A DNA stretch of 64,000 nt, from assembly GCA_004022145.1 (NCBI GenBank), contig RCNU01000002.1; one strand, given 5' to 3'. This document shows, piece after piece, positions 26,024 to 38,969 of the stretch (positions within the stretch are counted from its first letter, which is position 1; each line of letters begins with the position of its first letter). This DNA comes from Paecilomyces variotii (taxonomy: Eukaryota). A program made the translations under genes and the position numbers. The notes beneath the pieces are model-generated. The model saw only the letters and a program-made list of their open reading frames with translations, searched no databases and had not been told where the DNA came from.

Positions 26024-26705
26024 CGAAGGTGGTCGTACTAGGCAAGACTGGAAAGGCATGACTGAGAAGATCCTTGGGGTCAACTATCGTAGTAAGGAGG
26101 AAAACAAATATTTGATAACTGCTGTATACAATGAGCTATCCTAACTTCTGCGTCTTGTTCAGAAGCATGTGTAGAGCTAGATTAATTTGGTCAAGCTCCG
26201 AATGGATGGGAGAGCACAGTTTAAATGGACCTCACCTCCAAGCTGAGCTGCCCCTCCCTCTGAAACACTTCTTACCAGGATCAATATACCTTGCACCTGC
26301 AGTGCAGTACATACAGTTCGTACGCCGCCATCTCACGTTACCTAGGCTTTTGGTTGGCACCAAATGCGGGGTTCGATATGCAGATAGTGATATATTCGGC
26401 CTATGATGGCGTGTTATCTTCCACGACTTACCCTGCATGGTTTAATGCTGCAGACGGAGTCTATTCAATGTTTACTGGCGAAGGGAATGGATACCTATGC
26501 TCTCTAATCGTTGGGCGTTGTGTAGTGATAAACACTTTTGCGCCGGGTGTTTGTCATGTATCGAGTGCACTGTCTCCTTTTTTCTTTGTCTATTTCTAAT
26601 GCACAACAGAATATAATTGATGTTGATTTTTCAGTCCACTCTAGACCTCATTCATGCAACCGTAAAAATGTGATGTAATGGCGCAGAACAGTGGGAAATA
26701 TGCCT

Positions 26706-29005
26706 TTACCTTCCGCCCTTGCCAGATGGAACGTTGATGAAGACAGCAGGCTTGCCAGGACTGTAAGGCTTGTCAAGCCTGTAGTAGCCCTTGCGCTCGA
26801 ACTGGATGATGTCGCCTTCCTTGAGCTCGGCGACGTTGCAGTCTGTGACGGCATCCTCTTTAGTCTCGAGGTTCTTGCTGATGAAATCCATCATATCGTC
26901 CTCTTCTTGCAGGGAATCCTTGGTGAGAATATGGTCGAAGTAGAGAAGCTCCGCAGGGACCAGATCCTGACCCTCAGTAGCGAGCCAAGTAACCTTCTTC
27001 TCTGTCTTCTTCACATCTCCCTCGAGGTGTAGATCAAGCACAAGCTCAGTGACCGTGTCACCCGACTTCTTTATCTCGCGGACAATAGCGTTACCCCAGT
27101 TCATCAGAGTGATCTCTTCGTCTTGCTTGAAGCTCCTGGCGTCCTCCTGTTCAAGAACAATTGAAGGGCTGTAGACAACCTTCTTCATTCCGACAGCAGG
27201 ATTCTTGCCATGCTTCGGCTTGTTCTCCGTGTAAGGTGCAGGGGCACCCCTCACTGTAGCCTTGACGATGTCCTTGTTCAGGATAGCAGTGTGACGGGGA
27301 GCAATGGGATCGATGTGCTTCTTGTTCGTAGCCCTACGACAACATTAGTATTAACGACTTTTCTCAGATGGAGTATCAAACATACCAGAGCAGACCCCAC
27401 TCAAAGTTAACAATATTCTTGCTCGGACCCTGCTTGAGGATGAACTCTCTCAGGGCCGGCACGGTCATACCACGTCGTCGGATACCGCGGATTGTTGGCA
27501 TGTTAGGCGCATCCCATCCCCAAACGATACCCTGATCGACCAGCTTGGTGAGCTTTCTCTTGGATAGAACGGTTCGGATGAAGTTCATGCGCGCAAAGTC
27601 CCAAACCTGGACATTGCGAAGCTTGAGAGTATCGAGCATCCATTGGTACTGGGGATTACGGTCACGGTACTCAATAGTCCTGAGAGCATGAGTAACACCT
27701 TCGATAGAGTCGACAATAGGACAACAGAAGTCATAAGTGGGGTAGATCTTCCACTTCGTTCCCGTGCGGTGGTGAGGCGTTAGGTTGCAGCGATAGATGA
27801 CAGGATCACGCATAGCCTTGTTGGGGTTATCCACGGAGATCTTAGCTCGAATACACCACCTGAGGCCCTCCTCGGTGCCCTTCTTCATCTCCTCAAAGCG
27901 GGCAAGGTTCTCCTCCACGGAGGCATCACGGTTCTTGCTGGGAAGACCCTCCATTCTCTGGTGCGCCATCGTCTCCTTGTCGGTATCATCGGCATAGGCG
28001 TTACCATCCTTGATAATCTGGATGCAGTACTGGTACATCTCGTCGAAGTAGTCACTACTAAAGGTTACCTTGTCGGGCTTGATGCCCATGAGAGCGACGT
28101 CCTCCAATATGACGTCCTGGAAAAGCTGTTTCTCGTTGCTAGGATTCGTATCGTCAAAACGGACCAGAAGGGTGCCATTGTACTTCTCGTGCGCGAAGTA
28201 GTCGTTGAGGAGAGCGGCCTTCGCGTGACCGATGTGCAGGTAACCGCTGGGTTGAAGTTAGTTAAATGAGAACATCAGTGTCAACAAGGGTATGAACTCA
28301 CGAAGGCTCGGGAGGGAATCTTGTCACAACTCCCTTCTCCGTGTTCTTGAGCGAGATATCATAGCTTGCTCCCTCCTTGGACTTGGCAGCCTTCCTCTCC
28401 CTGGCTGAAGCGTTCAGGGCTTCGTAAGCAGCAGAGGTCCATGGGCAGAGTTCCTCGATGAAGCGGAACCAACGAGAGAGGTTGATGAAGGATCCCTTCT
28501 TCACCGCAGCCACACCCACGCGGTTGCCACGAAGAGCACCCCAGATAGCGACATCGGGCGCAGACAAGGAATAGCCGACAATGAAGGAGCGCAGGATCAG
28601 ATGCTTGTCCAGGCGCTGCAGGTGAGGCTCGAGCGCCTTGAAGTCGAGAGTAACCAGGTTCTCTACCTCAGAGAGCCAAGTATCCTCCTAAAATCACCGT
28701 CAGAAATAACCATGCAGGTGTCTTAGTGGGGTCATCCATACCAGCTTCTCATCCTTGCCCTTCAGGAACGGATAGGTGGCACGCAACTCCTTAATTGCAT
28801 TCTCCGTACCATACACTGGGCTTCCACTGGGGCCATTGAACTTGACAACAGCCTTGTCGCCATCAGGCAACACGGCAGTGTCCTCGTAGGTGACGGCGAT
28901 CAAAGGGCTGGGGCGCGCCTCATTGACCGAGGTTGCGACGAGCAGAACAGGGAGCAGAGCAGCTCCGTTGGCGCGGTTGGCCAGCACGATTTCGGAACTT
29001 GACAT
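26706..29005 (-). CDS. GUS1: Cytosolic glutamyl-tRNA synthetase
   Basis: TRFPPEPSGYLHIGHAKA, RFDDTNP, IYPTYDF, LSKRKL and QFERKGYY motifs; GST-like N-terminus. Confidence 0.96.
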
Positions 29006-29273
29006 TTTGAGAACAGTGAAGACGAAAGGAATACAATTTATCCAATTCGACTTCCCTGGTTCAAGACAAAAGCAGAACAAAAACCACTGCTCTGGCGGGG
29101 CAATAGTGGTTAGTTAGTCACGGCCCCTCCGGCACTCCGCTGACTCAACCACTTTCCGCCGGCGTGCGTGCTCGCCCGGCGCTACGTTCTTCCGTCGTCG
29201 CCCAAAGCTTCGGACTTCCTGAAGAAAACAGTCGAGGGATTCAGCATCACCGTTTCCCCTTCGCGCCAACGCC

Positions 29274-30293
29274 ATGGCTTCCACCGCTACATACTTGCCC
29301 GCGGTGGCAAGAAGTCTGACAGCGTCATGTCGGTCATCAATTCGCCAGGCTGCCCCGATGGCGCCGTTTCTCCTTCCTTTCCAGCAGCAGGTCCGGGGAG
29401 TGAAAAGCAACCCGCAGGCGAAGAACAAGAAGACGACCAAGAAGAAGGAGAAGGGCGCGAGAGAGTTCAAGCAGAGAGACTTGAAGGATATGGAGCAGTA
29501 CAGTCTCTGTGATGCCATGAGGTATGCGTTCTGTGGCCATTGTTGGTTCACGGGCAGCGATTAATGGGACTTTCGATCTAGGTATATCCGCGCATTCGAA
29601 GTCGGCCGTGATCGCTCCATATCCAAGTACGAGGTTCATATCCGTTTGAAGACAAAGAAGGATGGCCCTGTCATTCGAAACATGCTTCGATTCCCCCATG
29701 CAGTTCAGTCCGAGTCACGTATATGCGTCATCTGTCCACCGGGAACGAGGCACGAGAAAGAAGCCCGCGAGGCGGGAGCAGTGCTCGTGGGAGAGCAGGA
29801 GGTCTTTGATGCCGTCAAGAGTGGCAAGATCGAGTTCGACCGATGTATTTGCCATACCGACAGTCTAGATGCGATGAACAAGGCCGGATTGGGACGGTTT
29901 TTGGGTCCCCGAGGTCTGATGCCCAGTGTCAAGATGGGTACCGTGGTCGACGATGTCGGTGCCCGAGTGCAGATGTTGCGTGGAGGTACCGTGTACAGAG
30001 AGAGAGATGGAGTTATCAGATTGCCTATTGGACAATTGGGATTCTCCCCGAACGAGTTGCGAGACAACCTCCGTACTACGATCGACCAGATCAAGAAGGA
30101 TGCCGCAGGACTCAGTGACCGAATTACGAAGGAAATTTATGAAGTGGTAAGTTCTGCAGAGTCATCTGCCGTCGATTGTCCGAAGACTAACCAACTGCAG
30201 GTGTTGAGTTCCACCAGCGGCCCTGGCTTCAGCTTGAACGGCGAATTCAAGTCTGACAGTTCCCCAGAGCCGGCTGCCTTGAGCGGATTGTAA
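29274..30293 (+). CDS. MRPL1: Mitochondrial ribosomal protein uL1m
   Basis: Presequence, DAMRYIRAFEVG, LGRFLGPRGLMPS and VLSSTSGPG; two introns. Confidence 0.92.
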
Positions 30294-30427
30294 TATACTG
30301 TTCTGTTCCATACATTTTGTTATATCTAAATACAGCAAGGCGTACTCTGGTATTATGTGAAATACTCATTTTTGAAACTCCGGACTCCGTCGCTATGCCA
30401 TGAAAGATTACGATGTAGCAATGTGCT

Positions 30428-31417
30428 TCAGATCCTGAGTTGTTTCAGCGCAGACAACGCACCTGCCTCTTCGCCGATGAGGTCGTACAGGCGCATAATC
30501 TTTAGTACCCTTGTGTCCTTTTTTTCTCCAGACTGCTTTGCCTGCTCTAGGGCCGCATTGAGGTCCAAGAGCAGGGTGGCCTTGATTTTGAGGATCCTCG
30601 GTTGCTGATTGACAAGGAAGGGGTGCGTGTCTCCTATTCGCTCCGAAAGGATCGCGATGTAAACGAATTTCTGGATGTTCTGCTCCAATCTTTTCAAGGG
30701 CACAACAGTTGTAGTACCGGTCTCATCTCCGAGCTCATCGCTGTCGTCGTCGTCATCATCATCATCGTCGTCGTCTTCATCACTCTCTTCTCTTTCGGTA
30801 TCTAGGATGTCTGAGTCGGTATCTAACTCGTGGGGAGATCCCAGGCCAGGCTTCTCCGGCTCTGCGATCATCAATCGTTGTTCGAGCTCCTCAATGCGCT
30901 CCGCAACGTCGAGCAGCGCTTTTCCCACGTTGGTCTGGTTTCGGAGACGCTTCTTCTCAGCCAAGAGCCTCTCCAGCTCCAGCCGTCTCGCATCGACTCG
31001 GTCCCTAATCGTCCCGACGTCTCTTTGGAACCCCAACAGGCCTACGCGAACTTCCTCGATCTTTTCCTCTCCGCCATGTAATGCGCTACCGAGTGACAGG
31101 AAGTCCTGGTAGTTCTCATTGACCAAGTCGAGGAGCTCCTTATTCAGTGACTGGCTCAATTGACGCAGTTCGAGGCGCAGATCTTCGAGCGTCTGATGGC
31201 GGTTTGTCAACGAGGACAGAAATCCGGCCGGATCGAAGTCTGGCGCCAGGAAAGAGGCGCGCGAGAGAGGCTTGGGGAAGGGAAGTCCGGACGTGGTCTC
31301 ATCGAAGTCGGAACCCGAGTCGTCGGAGTCGCCAAACTGCGGACGTCAGCGCATGCGCACGGGAAGGAATCAGGATCAGGACAAGGACAGGACACGGCCT
31401 ACGTAGAAGCGGTTCAT
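30428..31417 (-). CDS. COG2: Conserved oligomeric Golgi complex subunit 2
   Basis: MNRFY|FGDS..LPFPKPLSRASFLAPDFDPAGFL..RHQTLEDLR..LLDLVNENYQDFLSLG. Confidence 0.88.
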
Positions 31418-31865
31418 GGCGGCAGGATTGCCCTGCTGCAACAGGAGATCTGATCTCTGCTTTGGGGGGGGGAAGTTGTCTGGAGAGAGAGAGAGTGGTT
31501 CGAGGTGCGGAAACGGGCTGGTCAACAGAGCTTCCGACTCGTGAATTCTCCCACCGCTAAGCGCTTGCCAACACACACATCTGCGACTTTCGACTTTCGC
31601 ATTGCAGCCTCCATGCAGCGCGTGCCACGATGGAATAGGTCAGATCTGACTGTAACTCATCCGCTGACTGGCTCTGGCTTCGCTCCATCGAACGAACCGA
31701 TCAGGGCTGATTCTCTACCGCCAGTTTCATCGCTCACCGGCGGGGTTGTTTCGTCCCTCGGCCGCTTGTTCTCCCTCCGCATTTGCTTGCGATCCCCGAC
31801 AAGCACAGCGCTTATACGGCCTTGCGACTGCGCTCCTGCAATCCTCCCGCGGATGTTTCGATGAG

Positions 31866-33176
31866 ATGGACGCCAGGTCAGACAGGTCTTTGACCCACCA
31901 CGAGGGCTATCGACTGTCCTCCTCCCTTCCCCAGCAGAGCTGGGCGCGGCCCTCTGCCTCGTACCCCTCCCCCGCCGCTGCGGCGCCTGTCTCGTCCCCA
32001 GCTCGTCCTCGCAACACTCCGGCCGTCGATGAATCGACTCTGGCCCATCGTACCACTGCTCTGCGCCAACTGAATGGCACTCCAAAGCCTCTCTCGCGAA
32101 ACCATCGGCAGAACAGATCCATTGGCAGCCGGTCGACGTTGGCATCCCAGCCAGTCCTGGTCCGCTCCTACTCGGGCGAGGCCGATGATAATAAAACACG
32201 ACCATCGTCCTCAACCATGGCTTCAGGCCCATTCTCCTTCACAAGCGGCTCGAGGGGTCAGCAAACTCCGCCGGAGTTGCCTTCGGTCCAGGACTTCAGC
32301 ATTGAAGGCATTCTCAGTGCCATTGAGCCTGATATTCGGAGCACACTCGACTCCATAGCGGAAATCTGCGGACGCAGCAAGCTGAGTCTGGCGAACGAAT
32401 ATGGAAGTCATATTGCTCCCTTGGGTGAGATTCGTGCTCAGCCTGGAGGCCTGGTGACTGTGGAGGAGGCCAGTTCCAGCAGTGAAAGACTAGCTGATGA
32501 CAATGTGGTCATTGTGGACGATGATACTAGCTTCTTGGACGGTCGAAATAATTACTCGCATCCTGCCTACGGCTTCCTGGAAAACCTCAGGAATACGGCA
32601 CATGCCATGGGATACCAGGCCAACATGCCCCCTTCCGTGGGAGACACGGCCTCTATGCAAGCTCAGCCAGATACTCCCAGGTCTGTAGCAATCGCAGATC
32701 CAGTACTTGATATGGATACGCAGGCTCAGCCAGTGCAGGTCACACATGAGCACTCACCCCATTCAAGAGCTAGTAGCCGTGCGCTTCTGCGGAACCGTAG
32801 AGCAGCGGCACAGAGTCAACTGGGTGACATTTTGACACCAGCGGTCGTATCTGAGGTACACATTGATGTTCGTGCCAATCAGCCGACTTGGCCGCTGACA
32901 CCTCCTGCTACTCCCGGTGTTCCTCATCACGATGGCGTTGATAGTGATAGCCATGCACTTGTACCGGAACATGACTGTTCGCAGGATGCTATGGACAAAC
33001 GGTCCCTGCTTGCGGATTTACAAGGACTGCTATCTTGGCTGAAGAACTACGCACAAGGAAAACCTTCCAGTGCCGCCGAGGCGCCTCTGCACTCCGCGGA
33101 GACCAGTTTGCGTGCCATGCTCCAGCGGCATGACCTGCATGAAAATGGCCAGCATGCTACAACATATTCTCACTGA
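31866..33176 (+). CDS. Hypothetical protein
   Basis: Long open frame with a conserved-looking core FSIEGILSAIEPDIRSTLDSIAEICGRSKLSLANEYGSH. Confidence 0.75.
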   Translation: MDARSDRSLTHHEGYRLSSSLPQQSWARPSASYPSPAAAAPVSSPARPRNTPAVDESTLAHRTTALRQLNGTPKPLSRNHRQNRSIGSRSTLASQPVLVRSYSGEADDNKTRPSSSTMASGPFSFTSGSRGQQTPPELPSVQDFSIEGILSAIEPDIRSTLDSIAEICGRSKLSLANEYGSHIAPLGEIRAQPGGLVTVEEASSSSERLADDNVVIVDDDTSFLDGRNNYSHPAYGFLENLRNTAHAMGYQANMPPSVGDTASMQAQPDTPRSVAIADPVLDMDTQAQPVQVTHEHSPHSRASSRALLRNRRAAAQSQLGDILTPAVVSEVHIDVRANQPTWPLTPPATPGVPHHDGVDSDSHALVPEHDCSQDAMDKRSLLADLQGLLSWLKNYAQGKPSSAAEAPLHSAETSLRAMLQRHDLHENGQHATTYSH

Positions 33177-33901
33177 GAAGAGGACCAACAACCCTCAAAC
33201 TCGAAATGATTATATCTCATGTTATATCATCCTTCCTACAGTGTTTGATTCGTGATAGGATCTCTTTGGCACCTTTATTGGAGCTCTCCATTGAAGTTGA
33301 TACGATAGTATATATGGCCGGCCATCTTTTTTTTTACACCTCTAGTCATGTCTATGACTTAATGCTTATGACTGAACGAATATTCTACGACACGTGCAGC
33401 ACACGAGGGAAAAATACTGGAACGGATTGCTTTTCTGTTTACTCTCATCTCATGAGCTATGACCTAATGAGCCTGATATACGATCTACTCTAATATATTT
33501 TGCATATTTCACAGCTAGCCTTGAACATAGAACTTACCGGACACGCTACATTCATTGTAAATTTCACGATAGTAAGGTAGTTGAATTCATTTAGCAATAA
33601 TATCTTTAGCAATAATATCTTCTTCATCTCAAATAGATAGTATGAATGATAACGGAAACAACCCTCTTAAACGCAGTCTAATAAGAGTCGTATGCCACAT
33701 AATATAACCAAGAACTGAACAACATAACATGGTGGTATCGAATAGTTAGGGTCCCCTCAAAGCACTTTTCCCGTAATCAAAGGAAAATACACCCCCCGGC
33801 CTACAACTCGGACCGGAAATGCAAAGAAATGTAACATACAGTCTCGGGAAACAAAACTAGAGCAACGAACAAGAACCAGAATCATAATTAAGACGTGGGC
33901 C

Positions 33902-35049
33902 TCATTCCCTCTCTATATTTTCAAGCAACGTCTTCGCGAACCCCTCGAAGATCGGCAGGGACCAGCAATCCTTATACCTTTCCACGAGAGGTCGATGATC
34001 CTCCTCAACGGTCCCATTTTGCTGCCCTTCTTCTTCATCCTCCTCATCGCTCTCGTCCTCTAGACCCGCGGGAATTTTGCCCTCGACGATTTCCCCGAAC
34101 TTTACATCCACAGGCACTGCGCCTAGGAACGGAAGACCCATCTCCTCAGACATGACTCGACCACCGCCGCTCGAGAACACATTGCTCACCTCCCCGCAAC
34201 ACGGACAGGCATAACCAGACATATTCTCTATGACTCCCAAGATAGGAATTCGAGTCTTGACGCAGAAGTTGGCTTCCTTCCGGACGTCAGATGTGGAGAT
34301 CGCTTGTGGCGTAGTGACGAGAACCGCACCAGCGAGACGAGGTAGGCCAGATGAAGAGGACGCTTCAACAGATGTCGTAGACATCGTCAGTAACTGCTCT
34401 GCCAGGGCGATGTGCTCATCACTTGTCCCCGGCGGAGTGTCGATGAGGAGGTAATCCGTCTCGCCCCAAAACACATCCGTTAAGAACTGGCGCACCATTG
34501 CGGTTTTCTTGGGTCCACGCCAGATAACAGCGTCGCCGCGATCGCGAAGGAGGAAGCCGAGGGACATGCAGCGGAGCGAGCCTCGTTTCGCGGTCTCAGA
34601 GCCTCCAGTTATGGCATCGTGTACGACGACGGGTAGCCAGCCACCCGGTGCTTGGGTGATTTTTGCATCTTCGAGTCCCACTAGGCGCGGGATTGAGGGA
34701 CCTGTAAGGTCGACGTCTAGAATGCCGACGGATTTGCCCTGTAACGAGAGAGACAGCGCGAGCTGGAGAGTCACGGAGGATTTGCCAACGCCGCCTTTGC
34801 CCGAGAGGACCTGTTAGGGTAGCATTAGAATATGATTAGAGATAGTCCTTAAACTAGACGGATCACATATTGAGATCATTGGAGTAGATTCTGTACGCGG
34901 AGTGGTCCTTCAATGACAAGAAGAGCTCATCTCTCCATCACATCGTTATCGATAAGTATGGAGAAAAAGAGCAGACACAGGAACAAAAATGGCGGGGGAG
35001 GGGCAGCGCCACTTACCAGCACGACATTCTTGACACCTTCTAGAGGCAT
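33902..35049 (-). CDS. CFD1: Cytosolic Fe-S cluster assembly factor CFD1
   Basis: [22 protein letters not shown] with no Nbp35 N-terminal Cys motif; [10 protein letters not shown] and [11 protein letters not shown]. Confidence 0.93.
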
Positions 35050-35496
35050 TTTTCCTGGTTTATTCTCTTCCTCAGAATATCTCCTCTATTAGAATTATAG
35101 AAGAAAGACAATGGTAGCGTTATCAGAGGTCCATCATCGCGTGGGGAGATTTCTTTTTCTTACTTAGTGGCTTCTGCGTCATTCCGCGGAGCTCTGGCTT
35201 ATCAAGCAGTTTTGCCTTCCGTTCATGACTAACTTAACCTTCACAGTATTAACTAATGGACATAAAGGGGCTATAGCAGATTCAATTGTCCACTCAGAGA
35301 CTCTATGATTAGTTCTCAGGACGCTAGGCTTCCTATCATATACTGTCACTGAGACCCTTTTTTCCGATACACCTCCATTGAACTAATTAGCATGCGACTT
35401 CTAGAAAACACCAAGCAACCCAGTCAATCCATCGCACAGCTCCAAGTATGTACTACTTACTTATGTACACACGTCGCCGAAGAATTCTCTATCTGA

Positions 35497-37044
35497 TCAA
35501 GTAACACTCGTCGTCAATGACTCAATTGTACCAACGTGTTCGGGTTGTTTCTGACATCTTGAATCATCGTCGACTTCGTGACCCTGAATGAAAGCCGTGC
35601 TTTTAGCAAATTCCGCTCTATCAAAGTGACAACCTCTATTCTCCGGACCTATTGCAGTGATGGCAAATATACTCATAGCAACCACCGCAGTCGCGAGGGC
35701 CATTGCCGGGCCATAGGCTGGAACTTCAGAGCCGTCTGCTCCGCTCGTATGGTGTCTCTCAGCAATGCCGTGAACTATACGCACGGAAGGAGAAGCGACA
35801 ACACTACCCAGCTGGCTGGTAATTCCTACAAAAGTTGACCGTAGTCCAGGGGGAGCCAGTTCGCTGAGATGTATTGGGATTACTCCCCATGCGCCCTGCA
35901 AGAAGAACTGCATGAGACATCCAGAGACAGATAGCCCAACCATCTCATCTGGAAGGATCCAGGCGGGAATAAGAATGCACCCAAGGAGTATCGTTAGGAT
36001 GATTGCGCGACGTCTACCAAGCCACTGTGAGAGATATCCAGTGGCACCTCCGCCCAGACAGCCCCCAACCCTGGTGATAATGCTAGTATGGCTTGCATCA
36101 GAGTCATCCAGACCTTTTTTGGTCATCACAAATGCCTTATAGCTGTCGTGTGAGAAGTTGTGACAATAGTTGAATAATGCCATGAGGATCGTGCAATACA
36201 AAAACAGCCTCCATTCTCTGACAGCTGCATGCTTGACGGCCTCAAATATCCTCATTGAGCGGTGGGTTTCATGGTTGATGTCGCTCTTGGACTTGATATA
36301 AAGACTCGATTCTGGTGCGATCGTCTGCAAAGCGGCAATACCCATAGAGAAACCAGCACCGATCCAAAATATAGTCTCCCAAGGTCCAGTCTCTTCTCCA
36401 ACAACGAGGTTGATACAGGCTGCAGATACGAAGCCAGTCGAGAATCCTTGCTGAACTATACCGGACATGAGACCCCGGGCATTAAGCGGACAGTTCTCCA
36501 AAGCCATAGATATGGCGTTTCCATATATTCCTCCCACAAAAATACCAAATAGGAAGCGTACGACAATAAACTGAGTGAACGACTTGCTGTTGACTGTTCC
36601 GATTTGCAGGATCCCCAGTATGAGCAAGTTGACAGCGATTGGCCACTTTCGACCGAACTTGTCACCAATGAGCCCGAACACAACGGCGCCCACAGGGCGA
36701 AGAAGCAACGTGAGACTGACCCTGTCCGATATGGTTTTCTCAGTTTCCCCGAAGTGTTTCGCGAGTTTGGTGATTTGGATGCCCAGACCATGTAAGTCAA
36801 AGGCACTAGCAATCCATGCAAACAAGCTGACAATAAAAACGGCCCAGTCTCTCCAGGATAGCTGACGCAGAAGTGATCGGGGGTATCTTAGCTTCTCTGG
36901 ACTTCGCCATTCAGTCGTGACATGTCCATTATCCGTTACAAGGAGGCGCTGTTTCCAGATGAACAAGTCACTGAAAGACTGTTTCGCTGTAGCCCAGGTA
37001 CCCTTCACGATGGGTACCTCAGCCCCATCGACGGGACCAGTCAT
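35497..37044 (-). CDS. MFS carboxylate transporter, Jen1-like, intronless and divergent
   Basis: Single 516-aa ORF; LLLRPVGA..GDKFGRK, ARGLMSGIVQQG and QGAWGVIPIHLSEL motifs. Confidence 0.85.
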   Translation of the reverse strand: MTGPVDGAEVPIVKGTWATAKQSFSDLFIWKQRLLVTDNGHVTTEWRSPEKLRYPRSLLRQLSWRDWAVFIVSLFAWIASAFDLHGLGIQITKLAKHFGETEKTISDRVSLTLLLRPVGAVVFGLIGDKFGRKWPIAVNLLILGILQIGTVNSKSFTQFIVVRFLFGIFVGGIYGNAISMALENCPLNARGLMSGIVQQGFSTGFVSAACINLVVGEETGPWETIFWIGAGFSMGIAALQTIAPESSLYIKSKSDINHETHRSMRIFEAVKHAAVREWRLFLYCTILMALFNYCHNFSHDSYKAFVMTKKGLDDSDASHTSIITRVGGCLGGGATGYLSQWLGRRRAIILTILLGCILIPAWILPDEMVGLSVSGCLMQFFLQGAWGVIPIHLSELAPPGLRSTFVGITSQLGSVVASPSVRIVHGIAERHHTSGADGSEVPAYGPAMALATAVVAMSIFAITAIGPENRGCHFDRAEFAKSTAFIQGHEVDDDSRCQKQPEHVGTIESLTTSVT

Positions 37045-37652
37045 CAATATTGAGCCGCCAGATCTGCTAATTCTTCAAGGCGTAGAGGCACAAGAAACCG
37101 AAACAAGTAGCCGGTGGGGCTGAAAGGTATATAAACAACGAGGAATCAACAGTAAGAACTTAGTATAAAGATCCGTTTCCGCATATGTAATATATCAATA
37201 AGGAGCGAATAGGTTGAGTATACGATGGAGTAGTCAAAAGCCAAGGTCGAAAGTGAAGCAGTAATTATGATGCTACTTGTGTATATAATCATGCGGATAA
37301 CGTGCAATGCTGCCTGGGAAGGCACATACGTCTTACACCCGTCTAGGAAGCTTCGACAATCCACGGGACCGCTTCGTAGATATCTGGATATCCACGAGTA
37401 GAGCTTGTTGGCTTTTAGACGAAAACCATCAGCATTACATTTTGATTTAATCTTGGAGCTGCTATTATGCCTTATCTAGTCCAACCTAGCACTCTTCAAC
37501 CCTTACGGAAATGTGACTGAAAGGCAGGGCTAAGGCTTCAAAGCTCTGCTGAATTTAAACCTAAAGGTAGCCTGCTATCCAGACATTTCGGAGACGAAGT
37601 GTCCTGGACAAGCGAATTACATACACGGCGGAGTCTGCGTTCTCATAAATGT

Positions 37653-38969
37653 TCAAGTCCATTTCTGTACAACCACACCACCCCGCTTGAAGTCAGGAAG
37701 GTCGCCCAGAACAGCACTCTTGTCGCTAAGTTCCTTGCTTGGGAAAGTGGTCATCAGCACCCACGGTCGAGATTGGCTGGCAGGGCTTGCCGCGGAAACG
37801 AAGGAGTAGACGTCGCCAATGGTGTGTGTGGTATTGAACCGGGAAGTCAGACGTGTGCCATCGCCTAGTCGAATCTGCAACGTGACGACAGGCTGTGACT
37901 CGTCCACGTTAGGTTTCACGGGTTCTGCAGCAGGCGCGGAGGCAGCAGCAGCAGCAGCAGGTGCCTGGTTCCTCACACCAGGTGTAGGGCTTCCCAGTCT
38001 CTGACCGGTACCAGAGAATGGCTTATACTTTGGCTTCGGCTTCGTATAAGCCTCCTCGTGTTGCTTGATTTCAACATCGACTTCCTGACCAGGAAGAACG
38101 TTCATGATAGAGAGCGGAGCGCGGCCTTGACGAATTCCATCAAGGATCTCGGCATTGCCTGGATCGTCAGATCTGTACAGATCGCCGTCATCGACAGAGA
38201 AACCATCTCTCCAGAAGTGAAGTGTTCTGTGCACTCGAGGTGGGCGTTGAGGGATTCCTGCATTTGGATCTTCTACTACCCGGCTGGGAGCATCATCGCC
38301 GCCAAGAGTGCGCGCCGTGCCGGAAAAGTAGGACTTCTTTTGCTTGGGCTCATCAGACGGAGGTTGTGCCCTTTGCATGTCAGTAAGATAGCAAACCTGA
38401 AGCCAGACTGCTGGAATACTCACCTCCTCGCCTTCTCGAGAATCTTGCGTTTGATATCATCCGGGTTCTGCACTGCCAACCCGGACTTCTCACCGCCCGC
38501 AAAGAAGTCTTGATTCTCCGTCTCGTCATCTTCTGAAGAATCGCCACCCGCGCCTGACTGAAGATCTCCCAGTGTAGCGAATTTCTTTTTTGGTGCTTTC
38601 CGCGAGGTTGAGGAAGATTGCTGCGGGGTAGAAGAAGACAATGCGGGACTACCACCCAGCGTGCGTCCACGGGGTCTATCTGTAGAGTCATCTTCGGACC
38701 CAAGTCGTCTTCCGCCTCCCGTGTTCATTCCTTGCAGAGCTTCGTCCTGCTCTGCAAAGAACTCTGTCACTGCGGCCTCGATGTCCCACTCGTTGGCGTC
38801 CAGGAAGTGGCGCGCCTAATATGAGTCAAGACAGTCAGCAAGACGCGATCCGTAAGTCTAGATAGAGTAACAGGGAGGATGAGTATTGTCCCACCTCTGA
38901 GGGGCCTGTGCCTGTCATGGTACAGAATTGAGATACGATCTCATCCTGGTCGGCGGGGTTCGACGCCAT
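37653..38969 (-). CDS. SHP1: Cdc48 adaptor Shp1/Ubx1 (UBA-SEP-UBX)
   Basis: FFAGGEKSGLAVQNP, LHFWRDGFSVDDG, FSGTGQRLG and QIRLGDGTRL..FP motifs. Confidence 0.93.
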
